A stretch of 53,320 nt of DNA from Patescibacteria group bacterium (GTDB taxonomy: Bacteria; Patescibacteriota; Minisyncoccia; Phycocordibacterales; JBBUBG01): positions 125,927-179,246 of the forward strand of contig JAZKIQ010000005.1 of NCBI GenBank assembly GCA_040384765.1. The letters are read 5' to 3'. Every line of letters starts with the position of its first letter. Position 1 is the stretch's first letter. The notes under the pieces are model-generated. The model made no database searches. It had not been told where the DNA came from and saw only the letters and a program-made list of their open reading frames with translations. Below, piece by piece: positions 9,151 through 19,051 of this stretch. A program made the translations under genes and the position numbers.

Positions 9151-10278
9151 TCAGGAGCCCTCTTCGAGCTGCCAATCGAGTGTCTTGCCCCACAGGAGAG
9201 GCAGAACCTTGTCATCGAGTCCTTCGATCTCGTACCAGTCGGGCACGGTCCAGGATCTCTTCACCCACCGAAGCGTCCGGGTGGCTTTACGCTCGACCCC
9301 GTAGAAGGCAAGGAAGTTGCGCCTCCAGAACCGAACGAGGCGAGAGACCCAGTCGGAGTGGCCAGACTGCTCGAACATCTTGATCGCAGTCGGTCCTGCC
9401 ACATGAGCGCTTACTGCGCCGCACGCAGCGAGCGGCTTTGCCTTCCGAGCGGCCCACGGATGGACCGCCTGGTCAGTGCCGAGCCATACGAAGTCGTAGC
9501 CCGCCACCGCGAGTTCACGGAGATAGGCCTGGTCTTCCTCTGGATCTTGCGGCACGGGCAAGAACACGTTTGCGAGGTTGAGCTTGTCGTCGATCATGTC
9601 GTCGACGCTCGTTTCGTAGTGCTGCGGGGTGAGTTCGATCCCGACAGCGCCTCTCAGGCGGACGAGCGCTCGAGCGAGCTTCGCCGTCGAGACGTGCTTG
9701 ACGGCGATCTTGATGCCCGGCACCTGCTCGAGCAGTTCGTGAACGAGAGGCTCGGCCTCCCGCTCGCGCTCCCATCGTCGGATCTTCTTGCCGTGCAAGC
9801 ACTTCACCTCGAGATGAGGGGCAAAAATCATTCCCTCCCCCGCGATGGCGCGGAGCGTCTCGATCTTCTCGAACAGGCGATCAGGCATGATAGCCTGCTG
9901 CGCGCGCGAGTTGGTCGAGAGTCCATCGAACATACACTTCATCTCGACGACGCCGAGCTTCTTCGCTTCGACGATCATCGCGGGTGTCGTGTCTTCGGCG
10001 AGCATGATGCTCATCACGAAGTCGAGGTCGCGACCCTCGCGGTCCGCGATCCTTCGGAGATTGTCTCGGTATTCGACTGCCTCAGCACCGGTCTTGATCC
10101 AGCGGCTGAGGTTCAGAATCGGCACCGCAGTGTCAGTGTCACGCCCGACCATCCTCACGTTCCACACCTGCTCGGCTTCGGCCTCGCGGAAGTGGACGTG
10201 CGAATCAGCACGCGGCGGAGTGATGAGGACAGCAGAGTCCGGACCCGTAGATCCGAACTGGTTTTCAAGTTCGCTCAT
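9151..10278 (-). CDS. pyrC: Dihydroorotase (divergent, E. coli-type homodimeric family)
   Basis: DSHVHFRE, KHVST, ELTPQH, LGTDQAVH (cf. GTDSAPH); lies between pyrD-like and pyrB. Confidence 0.8.
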   Translation of the reverse strand: MSELENQFGSTGPDSAVLITPPRADSHVHFREAEAEQVWNVRMVGRDTDTAVPILNLSRWIKTGAEAVEYRDNLRRIADREGRDLDFVMSIMLAEDTTPAMIVEAKKLGVVEMKCMFDGLSTNSRAQQAIMPDRLFEKIETLRAIAGEGMIFAPHLEVKCLHGKKIRRWEREREAEPLVHELLEQVPGIKIAVKHVSTAKLARALVRLRGAVGIELTPQHYETSVDDMIDDKLNLANVFLPVPQDPEEDQAYLRELAVAGYDFVWLGTDQAVHPWAARKAKPLAACGAVSAHVAGPTAIKMFEQSGHSDWVSRLVRFWRRNFLAFYGVERKATRTLRWVKRSWTVPDWYEIEGLDDKVLPLLWGKTLDWQLEEGS

Positions 10279-10321
10279 CGATCACCCTTTCCTTTGAGCA
10301 CACGAGTGCTCTCATCAGAAA

Positions 10322-11260
10322 CTATGTCAGACTCTGTTCCTTGAGATCCCGTGCAACCCACCGATTCGGATCGGCCGGATTGAAGATGAACGAGGTGCCA
10401 TGAGCGATCGCTCCGGCTCCGAGGTTGCGCACCACCCGAATGTCGTCATATCCCATGACAGAGCTCGCAATGACGTTCGCCTTAGGCGCCGCCACCTTAA
10501 TCTTAGCCACCATGGGAAAGTTCCACGGCTGAGCAGGAACACCGGAGATACCTCCGCCGCCCGCACCCACCCGCTTCTCGAGCCACGCGACCGGCGTCTT
10601 CACCAGAGAGCCCTTCGGATAGGCGTGTGAGAACGGCACACTGTTGATCGTGTACGCGCTCACCTCACTCCAGGTTGCACCGGCGATCTTCTCGTACGGC
10701 TGGGCCGCAGAGAGCTTGAGGAAGATCGGGTGCCGGCAGACCAGCCTGAACGAATAGACGATGTCGTAGATCGTCTCCGGATCGAGCTGGCCGTCCTGGA
10801 TGTTCGGGCACGACACGATGAGCTGCACCGCGATGAGATCGAGTCCGTTAAGGAGCGACCCCATCTTGAGCAGCTCTTCTTTCGTACCGTAGATCGACGG
10901 CACGAGTTTGTATCGCTTCAGCTTGTCGGTCTTGCCGATGGTGTTGTACCACCAGAAGAAACCGGGATTCGAGTGTCCCACCTTGTTCACGACTCCGCGT
11001 TCGCCGAAGTAGCGCACGCAGGAGGTCGGAAAGGCAGGAATGTAGGTCCACGGTTTCCGGAGATCGAGATTTCCGATCACCGGATCCCACTGGATGGTCT
11101 TGGTGATGTTCGCATCGAATGCCGATGGGTCAAGACGACCCAGCAACCGATGCGGCCACTCCCATGGCCACCCCCTGCCGTCGAAGCTGAGAGCTCCACC
11201 GGCGGTAACATGCCGAACGGGATACCCGTTCGGCAGCACAATCTCAGACAAAAAGCCCAC
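10322..11260 (-). CDS. pyrD: Dihydroorotate dehydrogenase-like FMN enzyme (divergent class 1)
   Basis: ITKT, VSCPN catalytic loop, FLKLS, TINS, GGISG. Start reassigned to the GTG at 11260, behind SD AAGGAGG. Confidence 0.75.
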   Translation of the reverse strand: MGFLSEIVLPNGYPVRHVTAGGALSFDGRGWPWEWPHRLLGRLDPSAFDANITKTIQWDPVIGNLDLRKPWTYIPAFPTSCVRYFGERGVVNKVGHSNPGFFWWYNTIGKTDKLKRYKLVPSIYGTKEELLKMGSLLNGLDLIAVQLIVSCPNIQDGQLDPETIYDIVYSFRLVCRHPIFLKLSAAQPYEKIAGATWSEVSAYTINSVPFSHAYPKGSLVKTPVAWLEKRVGAGGGGISGVPAQPWNFPMVAKIKVAAPKANVIASSVMGYDDIRVVRNLGAGAIAHGTSFIFNPADPNRWVARDLKEQSLT

Positions 11261-11327
11261 GAACTGACACCTCCTTGGAAACAAACCGTTGTTGATGCTG
11301 CCTCGCGCATACTATCTGAACTCGAGG

Positions 11328-11370
11328 AAAAGAAAAAGCCGGGTCCAAACGGACCCGGCTTTTTCTTTTT
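11328..11370. terminator. Bidirectional intrinsic terminator
   Basis: aaaagaaaaagccgggtcc aaac ggacccggctttttctttt. Confidence 0.85.
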
Positions 11371-11385
11371 ACTCTCTGTTCTGCC

Positions 11386-12210
11386 TTACTGCGTTACCGT
11401 CGTCGATGCGTTTCCAGAAGCGTTGATCTTCATCGCTTTGATTGCACGAACGATCTCGTTTCCAAGCTTGCGTGCAGCCTTAAGCGACTCATTCGATGTG
11501 CGGATTTTTGCGCGAGCATCCATGAGCGCCTTGTGGTTTGCTTCCATCTTAGCTTTGTCTCCGTTGTCAGGCTTGAGGCTTGCAACGAGCGACACCGCTG
11601 CATCAGACTGTACTTTTGCATCAGCAAGCTTTACATCCATATCGGTACGAAGCTTCATCACTGCGGTCACATCTTTGCCTGCATTCTTTGCCTCAGCAAT
11701 ACGAACATCGAGCTTCGCCTTGAGGTCGACAAACTGACCAGCAAGTTCGTTTGCACGATCTGCTGCAGCAAGAATCGTGATCTGCGGCATGATAAGTGCG
11801 TAGATGCGGTACGAGTTGGTGATCGACTGAGCATCAGTCTTCAAAAGCTCAATAGTCGTATCAGCGGCAATCTTTACTTTAAGGGCAGCGAGCGAGTCAA
11901 TCTGGGCCTGTACGGTCGCCGAAAGTCCTGCTTTCTGTTCCGCTGTAATACGCTTCATCTCGCCAATGCGAGTCTTGAGCTTTGTGAGCGCAGAGACACG
12001 GCGATCGATCTCCTGGTTGGCACGAGTACGCACCTTATCCATGCGAGTGGCATCTACTTTCGCCTTGGCATCAGCTTTATTGGTGCCCACCTCTGCAGTC
12101 ACTCCAACAGTGGCGTTTATGTCGGTCTGGGCAAATGCGGGCATTGCTCCCGAGAGCAAGAGGACACTTGCGCAGAGAGAGCTTGCTGCGATCTTTGTTT
12201 TAATAGTCAT
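11386..12210 (-). CDS. Secreted Ala/Lys-rich coiled-coil hypothetical protein
   Basis: Signal peptide ending PAFA-Q; helical heptad composition. Confidence 0.75.
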   Translation of the reverse strand: MTIKTKIAASSLCASVLLLSGAMPAFAQTDINATVGVTAEVGTNKADAKAKVDATRMDKVRTRANQEIDRRVSALTKLKTRIGEMKRITAEQKAGLSATVQAQIDSLAALKVKIAADTTIELLKTDAQSITNSYRIYALIMPQITILAAADRANELAGQFVDLKAKLDVRIAEAKNAGKDVTAVMKLRTDMDVKLADAKVQSDAAVSLVASLKPDNGDKAKMEANHKALMDARAKIRTSNESLKAARKLGNEIVRAIKAMKINASGNASTTVTQ

Positions 12211-12262
12211 AATATGTGGTTATTTCTTTCTACGGTTGTGCTTACACTCAGTATGACGGAGC

Positions 12263-12529
12263 TTACTCTCCCTGTGTGACCGGCTTGTCAGAGAGGCTTG
12301 CATCAGCGTTTGCACTGTCAGCATCAAATGCCTTCAGCGATGCGTCGATACTTGCCAAATCCTTGTCGAGCGAATCATCTGAAGTACTGGAATACTGCTG
12401 GCCACCCCCTACCTGCTCCGAAGAGCCTGTGTTATCGAGCGGCGCTTGTGCAGAATCCTTGTTTGCGTACCAAGCCCCAAGGAAGATAATCACGATCGCT
12501 ACGATACCCACCTTCATTCCGTTTGACAT
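12263..12529 (-). CDS. Small membrane-anchored hypothetical protein
   Basis: N-terminal TM segment, acidic tail (SLDKDLASID). Confidence 0.7.
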   Translation of the reverse strand: MSNGMKVGIVAIVIIFLGAWYANKDSAQAPLDNTGSSEQVGGGQQYSSTSDDSLDKDLASIDASLKAFDADSANADASLSDKPVTQGE

Positions 12530-12621
12530 ATAAAATAGATTGATTTGTAACTATGGTGCGAACCTTTTCCCGTTCACTCTAGCGCAAAAGTGTCTTGATT
12601 TCAATCCTTTTCCTCGAGATC

Positions 12622-12747
12622 TAGCGAATGCTTTAAAACCCCAGATCCGCGAAGCTGAGGAAGAAAAAAAGCGAGCTGTACATTGGGTACAGTGAGTGTT
12701 TTTCGACCGATGGCGACAAAGGAGGTGGGGTTTTAAAGCATTCGCTA
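12622..12747. repeat. Stop-codon-anchored palindromic element, copy A
   Basis: 22-bp perfect arms tagcgaatgctttaaaacccca / tggggttttaaagcattcgcta around a core shared with copies B-F. Confidence 0.85.
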
Positions 12748-13494
12748 CGTAAGGGCTTCAGGATGCTGAACGCTCCACGCATAGAGCGTTACGGCAGCAG
12801 CTGCGCCCACATTTAGGGATTCACACCCCGGATGCATCGGTACCGAAAGAAGGATATCGCAATGCTCTCGCGTCTTTTCGCGGATACCCTTTCCCTCGTT
12901 GCCGAGCACGAAAACTGCAGGCTGGGTAAACTCTTCTTTCGAGAGGCTTGTCGCACCTTCCCCCGCAAGACCGTATATCCAAAAGCCACGCTTCTTTAGA
13001 TCTTCGAGCGTATGATTCACATTACCGATCTCTACGAGCGGCACGCGAAAAGCCATGCCGGCAGACACCTTCACAACAGTCCCCGTCACCGGCGCCTGAT
13101 TGTGCGGCGGGATAAGCACTGCACCAATCCCAAAGGCGGCGGCAGAACGAATTATTGCACCCACATTGTGCGGATCTTGGACTTCGTTAAGTACGATGAG
13201 AGCTTTGTTTGGCGTCGGCTCAAGCGTTTTTACAAAGTCGTCGTACGTGCTCACAAGACCCGAGAGAGAGATCTCGGCGATTACCCCCTGATGAGCAGCA
13301 TCCTCCTCTACTCCGCCAGGGTTTTTGCCGCTCCCAAGCGAAGCCACTGCAACCTTTGCTTTAAGAAGTGCATCGCGAAGAGCAGGATCGGTCACCGTCG
13401 GAGCAAGATACACCTTGCGAACAACATGGGGTGCAAACGCCATCGCCTCCTCGAGTGCATGCTTGCCGTAGATAAACAGTTTTTTGTCAGACAT
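12745..13494 (-). CDS. rlmB: TrmH/SpoU-family RNA 2'-O-methyltransferase (23S G2251 RlmB-like)
   Basis: IYGKHAL, QDPHNVGAIIRS, VLGNEGKG, ESLNV; start taken at MSDKK. Confidence 0.85.
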   Translation of the reverse strand: MSDKKLFIYGKHALEEAMAFAPHVVRKVYLAPTVTDPALRDALLKAKVAVASLGSGKNPGGVEEDAAHQGVIAEISLSGLVSTYDDFVKTLEPTPNKALIVLNEVQDPHNVGAIIRSAAAFGIGAVLIPPHNQAPVTGTVVKVSAGMAFRVPLVEIGNVNHTLEDLKKRGFWIYGLAGEGATSLSKEEFTQPAVFVLGNEGKGIREKTREHCDILLSVPMHPGCESLNVGAAAAVTLYAWSVQHPEALT

Positions 13495-13523
13495 AGATCG
13501 TTTCCCCACTGTAGCGCGCGGGG

Positions 13524-14096
13524 CTACTCGGAGCAAACATCCGGGTTCCAAAGACCGCGCTTGGCCTCTCGCGCATCTTCCTCGGCCTTCTTAAACTCTG
13601 CCTGATATCTGTACGGAAGACGATACGTATATTCATGCGCATACCCCTCTTCAACCATCAGCTTGTTTACAAAAATACCATCGGCCAAGAAAAGGTACAC
13701 AAGCATGCGACCATACTTATCACGCTCGCCCTGGGTCTCATCAACCTCTACGCGCACATATTTTCCGAGCACAAGCTGTTTCATCTTTTCGCTCGCCTCT
13801 TTTCCAAAACACTGCACGGGCTTTCGCGGATCAACAGTCTCGGGCGTATCGATGCCAATGAGACGCACCGTCTCTGTAGTAGTTCCAAGCAATAGCTTCA
13901 CCGTGTCTCCGTCGACAACCTTAGTCACCAAAGAGAGGCCCGTCTGCTTGGATGAGGTGGCCGCGGTCTCTCCGACAGAAGCAACAAGTGGAGAGATATC
14001 GGCATCGAAGGGCACTGGCCTCCCCTCTGCAAGGAAGAGCTGCGCGACGAGCACACACAGAGCGCTGAAAAATAGAACGGATCTTTTGCGGGACAT
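13524..14096 (-). CDS. Thermonuclease (SNase-like) family protein, membrane-anchored
   Basis: VVDGDT, VRLIGIDTPE, DKYGR, AREAKRGLW; start taken at MSRKR. Confidence 0.92.
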   Translation of the reverse strand: MSRKRSVLFFSALCVLVAQLFLAEGRPVPFDADISPLVASVGETAATSSKQTGLSLVTKVVDGDTVKLLLGTTTETVRLIGIDTPETVDPRKPVQCFGKEASEKMKQLVLGKYVRVEVDETQGERDKYGRMLVYLFLADGIFVNKLMVEEGYAHEYTYRLPYRYQAEFKKAEEDAREAKRGLWNPDVCSE

Positions 14097-14098
14097 GG

Positions 14099-14698
14099 CT
14101 ATAAAAATTTTTTTACCATAGCAAAATCTTTGATAAGTGTCTCTTTGAGGGCGCGCTGGTAAATAGCGGCAGCCGGGTGATAGAGCGGAAGAATAGACAC
14201 GGCTCGGCCATCGGGAGTGGCGCCTTTGAACAGATTTCCGTGGACAGCGCTGATCGGACACAGCTCATCTGTGAGTCCGCAACGCTCCATGATGTAGCGC
14301 GTAGAGTAGCGGCCAAGTGTAACCAGCACCTCTGGCTTGATTATCTCGATCTCCCGATCAAGATATGGCCCATACACTTTGACCTCCTCGGGAAGCGGGT
14401 CACGGTTTTCCGGCGGACGATCCTTCACAATATTGGTGATATAGATATCCTTCCGCAAAAGGCCGATTGAAGCGAGAAGCTCGTCAAAAATCTTTCCTGC
14501 AGCGCCGCAAAACGGGCGGCCTGTCTTTGCTTCATTTTTTCCGGGAGCTTCCCCGATAAACACCATTTTTGCATCATGGCTTCCCTCTCCGATGACGGGG
14601 TAGTAGTTGCCCGAAGTGCGGTAGCTATAGAGTGGTGAGCTTTCGAGAGCAAGCACCTCCTCGCGAATCTCACGCATCTTGTCTGCCTTAGAACTCAT
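14099..14698 (-). CDS. Uracil-DNA glycosylase family 4
   Basis: GEAPG, GRPF, RPPENRDP, YHPAA; start taken at MSSKA. Confidence 0.9.
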   Translation of the reverse strand: MSSKADKMREIREEVLALESSPLYSYRTSGNYYPVIGEGSHDAKMVFIGEAPGKNEAKTGRPFCGAAGKIFDELLASIGLLRKDIYITNIVKDRPPENRDPLPEEVKVYGPYLDREIEIIKPEVLVTLGRYSTRYIMERCGLTDELCPISAVHGNLFKGATPDGRAVSILPLYHPAAAIYQRALKETLIKDFAMVKKFL

Positions 14699-15321
14699 TG
14701 CAAAGTGATAACCAGGAGCGCGAGCGCAGCCATCCCAAAATCTTCGATCAGCGTTATATACGTAAGCGGCACTTTGAGCACCGTCCCAAGACAAACACAG
14801 TGTACCGGCTCCCTTCGCGCAATCTTTATCACAACACCCACGCCTGAGAAGAGCATCACACCGACCTCGATCCAAAGAAGCGATGGATTATGCACTCCGA
14901 CTAGCATTGCAAGGCCAAAAGAAAGCTCGATGAATGGGTAGAGGTATCCATATGCTGGCAGCCGCTCGGCAAGAAGGTCGTACGTGGCGTACCCTTCGGC
15001 AAAGCCAGGTAGGTCAAGGAGCTTAAACCCTGAAAATACAAGAAAGAAGCCGGTCATAAAGTATACGATCGACTGCTCGACAGAAAAGAGTCCAGCCTGC
15101 ATATCAGTCCACGACAAAACGAATGTCGCAAGCAGGAGGATCGAAAAAATAACAATAAGCGGAAGATAGCTACGCCACGTAAGCGGACCAAGACCCTTAT
15201 CGTCCACGCTTTTCTTGGGTAGTGCTACGAGGCTCGAAGCAACTACGAGCGCCATGCCACACTTCGGGCATCGGCCGGGAGTATCTGCGCGCACCTCAGG
15301 ATGCATGGGGCAGGTGTACAT
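14695..15321 (-). CDS. Heavy-metal-binding domain fused to a MauE/DoxX-like membrane domain
   Basis: YTCPMHPEV...CPKCGM at the N-terminus; YDLLA...YPFIE...CVCLG...ED at the C-terminus. Confidence 0.8.
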   Translation of the reverse strand: MYTCPMHPEVRADTPGRCPKCGMALVVASSLVALPKKSVDDKGLGPLTWRSYLPLIVIFSILLLATFVLSWTDMQAGLFSVEQSIVYFMTGFFLVFSGFKLLDLPGFAEGYATYDLLAERLPAYGYLYPFIELSFGLAMLVGVHNPSLLWIEVGVMLFSGVGVVIKIARREPVHCVCLGTVLKVPLTYITLIEDFGMAALALLVITLQ

Positions 15322-15330
15322 ACCCCTACT

Positions 15331-15834
15331 TTACTCCCATCTTTGATAGGCGCAATACAAAAAATAAAGCGTCCCTCCTACAAAAATACCGATGGTGTTG
15401 CTCGAAAGGTCGAGCCACGTGTCTGTTACGCTTGATGCAAAAAGATAGTGGATGAAATGCTGGAGGATAAACTCGAGGATCTCATTTGCAACGCCAAGTG
15501 CCGTGACAACAAGGCCGCTGAACACAAAAAACTGAAACGGGCGAAGTACGATATTCGTATCGCGAACGGCTCGATAGCATACATAGAAAGAGAGCAGGCC
15601 GCCGCCAAGCATATGCAAAAAACGGTTACCCAGTTCACGGTCACGGATGTGAAAAGAAAAAAGAGAGATGCCAATGGAAAGGAGCGCTACGCAGAACATC
15701 GACCAGAGCGACCGGCGCGTAAACACAGGGCGACGATTTTCGAAAAACTGCGCAAACAAAAAACTAAGCACGATATACGCAAGTGCCATGAGAAGCGCTA
15801 CAACCAAAATATATACAACGAGGTAGGTTCGCAC
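15331..15834 (-). CDS. Polytopic membrane hypothetical protein
   Basis: Five hydrophobic segments; H..GG, NEILEF, DTWLDL..N motif. Confidence 0.65.
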   Translation of the reverse strand: MRTYLVVYILVVALLMALAYIVLSFLFAQFFENRRPVFTRRSLWSMFCVALLSIGISLFSFHIRDRELGNRFLHMLGGGLLSFYVCYRAVRDTNIVLRPFQFFVFSGLVVTALGVANEILEFILQHFIHYLFASSVTDTWLDLSSNTIGIFVGGTLYFLYCAYQRWE

Positions 15835-15899
15835 GAAATTATCCTAAGATTATTCGGATTGTACTGCCAAAGTACCCTAAGAGCCAAGCGAGGTCGGGT

Positions 15900-16475
15900 T
15901 TAATAGATACCAGGAAACAGTCGCGCCGTACGCGCCCTATATGCGGGATAGTCTGCCGGAAAAAGCCTTAGCATAAATGCCTCTTCAAGCGGAAACTTAT
16001 ATAGAAAGCTGCCAAGCGCGAGCACAACGGCCAGATAGCCTCCCACAGTGCCGACAGCAAACGATGTGCCAAGAAACATAAGGACTACTGCCGTGTAAAT
16101 CGGATGGAGTACATAAGCGTACGGCCCTCCTGTTATGAGCTCGTGATCCTCTTTGACGGTAACGCTCGAGCTCCAGTCTACTCCAATCGTCATGCGAGCC
16201 CAGATCGCAAGCAAAAGACCAGAAAGCGTAACGAGAGAGCCCAGGAAGACAAAGCCACTGCCATGGAAAAATATGGGCATATCAATAAACGGCACATGCG
16301 AAACGCCTTTAATGACTGGATGGAAAAGAAGGATCGCAGCAACGGCAAGAGGCACTCCAAATCGTAGCCGATTTCTGGCACCCACCTCCTCTACATTCTG
16401 CTTATTCCCTACCGCGCTACCGATCCAAAAAGAAACAAACACACCCCAGAAAAAAAGTATCGCGGACAGAATCAT
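15900..16475 (-). CDS. Isoprenylcysteine carboxyl methyltransferase (Ste14/ICMT) family membrane protein
   Basis: HELITGGPY..V.HPIY, EE..., YPAYR..T.R.FP. Confidence 0.85.
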   Translation of the reverse strand: MILSAILFFWGVFVSFWIGSAVGNKQNVEEVGARNRLRFGVPLAVAAILLFHPVIKGVSHVPFIDMPIFFHGSGFVFLGSLVTLSGLLLAIWARMTIGVDWSSSVTVKEDHELITGGPYAYVLHPIYTAVVLMFLGTSFAVGTVGGYLAVVLALGSFLYKFPLEEAFMLRLFPADYPAYRARTARLFPGIY

Positions 16476-16497
16476 ATATGTGCACTACAGTGTACAC

Positions 16498-16534
16498 AAA
16501 AAACAAAGCCCAGCCACCTTGTCGATGGCTGGGC
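16498..16534 (-). terminator. Intrinsic terminator
   Basis: Stem gcccagcca/tggctgggc with a U-rich tail on the minus strand. Confidence 0.7.
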
Positions 16535-16572
16535 GGTCCTCTTTTGTAAGCCGACGGGGTTAGTACCCTGTA

Positions 16573-17049
16573 CTATTCCGCCGCGAGTGCTTCCCTGTTC
16601 TTCTCGTTATCGACCTTCTCCCATCGTTCGTAGAACCGACGGAATCCTGCGCAAGAGTGGCTGATCAATCGCCCGTACTCTGGAAGACCCAGAAGTGGCG
16701 GATACTTCTCGAAGAGATCTGGATCCTTAGGCGAGAGCATCTTGGGAAGGCTCTCGGACACGCACACGAGCTCGATTTGGTGGCCTTCATCCGATGAGGG
16801 AAACGAGATCGCGTCGAACGAGTAGACGCCGAACTCATGTTTCTGCATCGAGATCACGAGCTGGTCGTCGTGCGGCCAGTTGCTCGGAGTGACGAATGCC
16901 TGGAAGTTCCCCTCGACGTCCAGGTTGGAATACTCGATATAGATCGAGGGGCTATCCTTCCACTGCTCGAGGCCCGCGAAGAGCTGCTGCATCGCCACGA
17001 ACACATAACCGACCAGCGCCTGGCGGGCATCGATCTCAGACTTTTCCAT
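16573..17049 (-). CDS. Hypothetical protein (GC3-rich, SD-led)
   Basis: 158-aa ORF, SD GGGAGG, own terminator; no recognisable motif. Confidence 0.7.
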   Translation of the reverse strand: MEKSEIDARQALVGYVFVAMQQLFAGLEQWKDSPSIYIEYSNLDVEGNFQAFVTPSNWPHDDQLVISMQKHEFGVYSFDAISFPSSDEGHQIELVCVSESLPKMLSPKDPDLFEKYPPLLGLPEYGRLISHSCAGFRRFYERWEKVDNEKNREALAAE

Positions 17050-17138
17050 ACGAGTCCTCCCTGCTCTCGAAAAGAGCTCCAGCGATTTCTACAAACCTCC
17101 TACAAGTTCACAATTAAATGCCTATATGTCAAGGAATA

Positions 17139-18955
17139 CTACGCCTGCTGCTGGAGCGCATACAACTTAGCGAGCTCGCTCTCGGGCTCTTGGAGCAGCT
17201 CCTGGAAGCCTCCTTTTTCCACGATAAGTCCATCGTGAATCACAATTACCGCATCTGCATTTTGAAGAGTAGAGAGGCGATGCGCCACAATAAGAAATGT
17301 CTTATCGCGCCCGAGCTCTCCAAAAAGACGATCGATTATGTTTTTCTCAGTCTTACTATCGAGGGCAGAAGTCGCCTCGTCGAGCAAGATAATCGGACAG
17401 TCTTTGTAAATTGCACGGCAATACCAATACGCTGGCGCTCTCCACCCGAAAGCGCATACCCTCGCTCGCCTATCTCCGTATCAAGCCCCTCGGGAAGCCG
17501 AGCAATGACGTCGCGGAGGTCCGCCACATCAATGGCGCGCTCAAGCAGCAGCGGGTCAACATCGCGCATAACCGTAACATTGTCCCGGAATGAAAGGTTG
17601 AAAAGCTCTGTTTCCTGCAGGACGACCGCTATATGCTTCGCGATCTCGGCATGGTCAATAGCGTAAAAATCAGTCGAGCCAATCTTAAACGCTCCTCGAT
17701 CGAGCTCATACAGTCCAAGGAAAAGCTTGAGCAATGTCGATTTTCCAGCACCCGAGCTCCCTGCTATGCCGATACGCGCTCCTCGATCGATCGCAAGCGA
17801 GATGTTGTGCAGCCCTCGCTCCCCTTTAGGGTATGAAAAGTGCGCATCTTTGAGGGTGATCTTCTTCCATCCTTCTGGAAACCCTTTGCTTCCTGTGCGC
17901 GTAGGAGGCTGTTCATCAAAAAGAGGTACCAATCGCGCAAGATCTGCTTTCACAGAGATCAGCGTTGTACTGATATCGTTCGTATCATTGGCAGACTCAC
18001 GGAGCTTGTTGAAATAGGTGTAGAGCACAAGGATCGCCCCGACACTAATAGTGCCCGCAACGACCCCTCTGCCGACGAGCAGCAGGAATATAGCAAACGA
18101 ACACGCATTCCACAGCTGGAAGGATCGCCATTTGTTAGTATTTTGGGCGGAAATGGAAAGCTGGTACCCCTTGGCAGTCTCCTCATCGGTAGCAACCCGT
18201 GAGTGCATATGCTTTTCTGCACCTATCGCTTTGATCGATAGAATATTCCCCGTTGCCTCGAAAAAGGTACCACTTGAGCGCTCGATGGCTTTATTATACG
18301 AAAGAGAGAGGCGCTCGATTCGCTCGTTGAAGAAAAACTGGATCGAAAAAAAGACAAGATTGTAGGCAAGAAGAAAGAGGAGAAGTGATGGACTCGTCGT
18401 AAAAAAGAAAAGAGTTACGCCAATAAAGTTTGCAGCGATGGGATAGAGATTGCTGCTCGATATTTTTATCGCTTCGAAAAACGCCTGGCTTCCCGTGAGA
18501 ATGCGCTGCACTTTGTTGCCCGTGTTCTCTTCGGCATGCCATGCAAGGGATGCGTCGGTGAGCCGTTCAAATCCAGCAACTTTCACGCGGGAGCGCAGAG
18601 CAATTCCAATTCGGGTAAGCTGACTTTTACACCACTGACGAACAAGAGAAACGACACCCCAAGTAACTGAAAGAAACGCTACATAGCCATAGAACGGCTC
18701 GAGCGACATGCCGGGCCGATACACTGCAAAGAAGTCGACAATTTTTCCTACAATAAACGGCGGAACAAGCTCATAGAAAAACACAGCAAAAAGAAGGACG
18801 TTGAAAAAGGCAAATCGGCGCCTGTCGCCGTCCAAAAAGCGCCAGATCGTTTTTGGTACGGCTGTCCATGGCAAACGTTTGTTTTCTGGGTCAGCCTTCT
18901 TCTGTGCGCGCTCGCTATTTCGGGAGCTGCGTCTATATTCAACAGAGATGCTCAT
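17139..18955 (-). pseudogene. ABC exporter (TMD+NBD) with a 1-bp frameshift near 17417
   Basis: Walker A GSSGAGKST and signature LSGGERQR are in one frame; Walker B LLDEATSALD and AHRLST are in another. Adding one C (gcc[c]gtgca) restores ...GIARAIYKDCPIILLDEAT. Confidence 0.8.
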
Positions 18956-19020
18956 AATAGAAATACTATAGCACCATGAGCATCTATTGATGAGGCAGTG
19001 TGGGCCGATGCTTCATACAA

Positions 19021-19044
19021 AAAACACCCCGTACGGGGTGTTTT
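19021..19044. terminator. Intrinsic terminator
   Basis: aaaacacccc gtac ggggtgtttt. Confidence 0.7.
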
Positions 19045-19051
19045 CTTGAAG

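Noticed and set aside
9358-11737. Long plus-strand ORFs (328 aa and 335 aa) opposite pyrC and pyrD
   Set aside because: Antisense shadows of GC3-biased genes; no motifs, and the second crosses a terminator.
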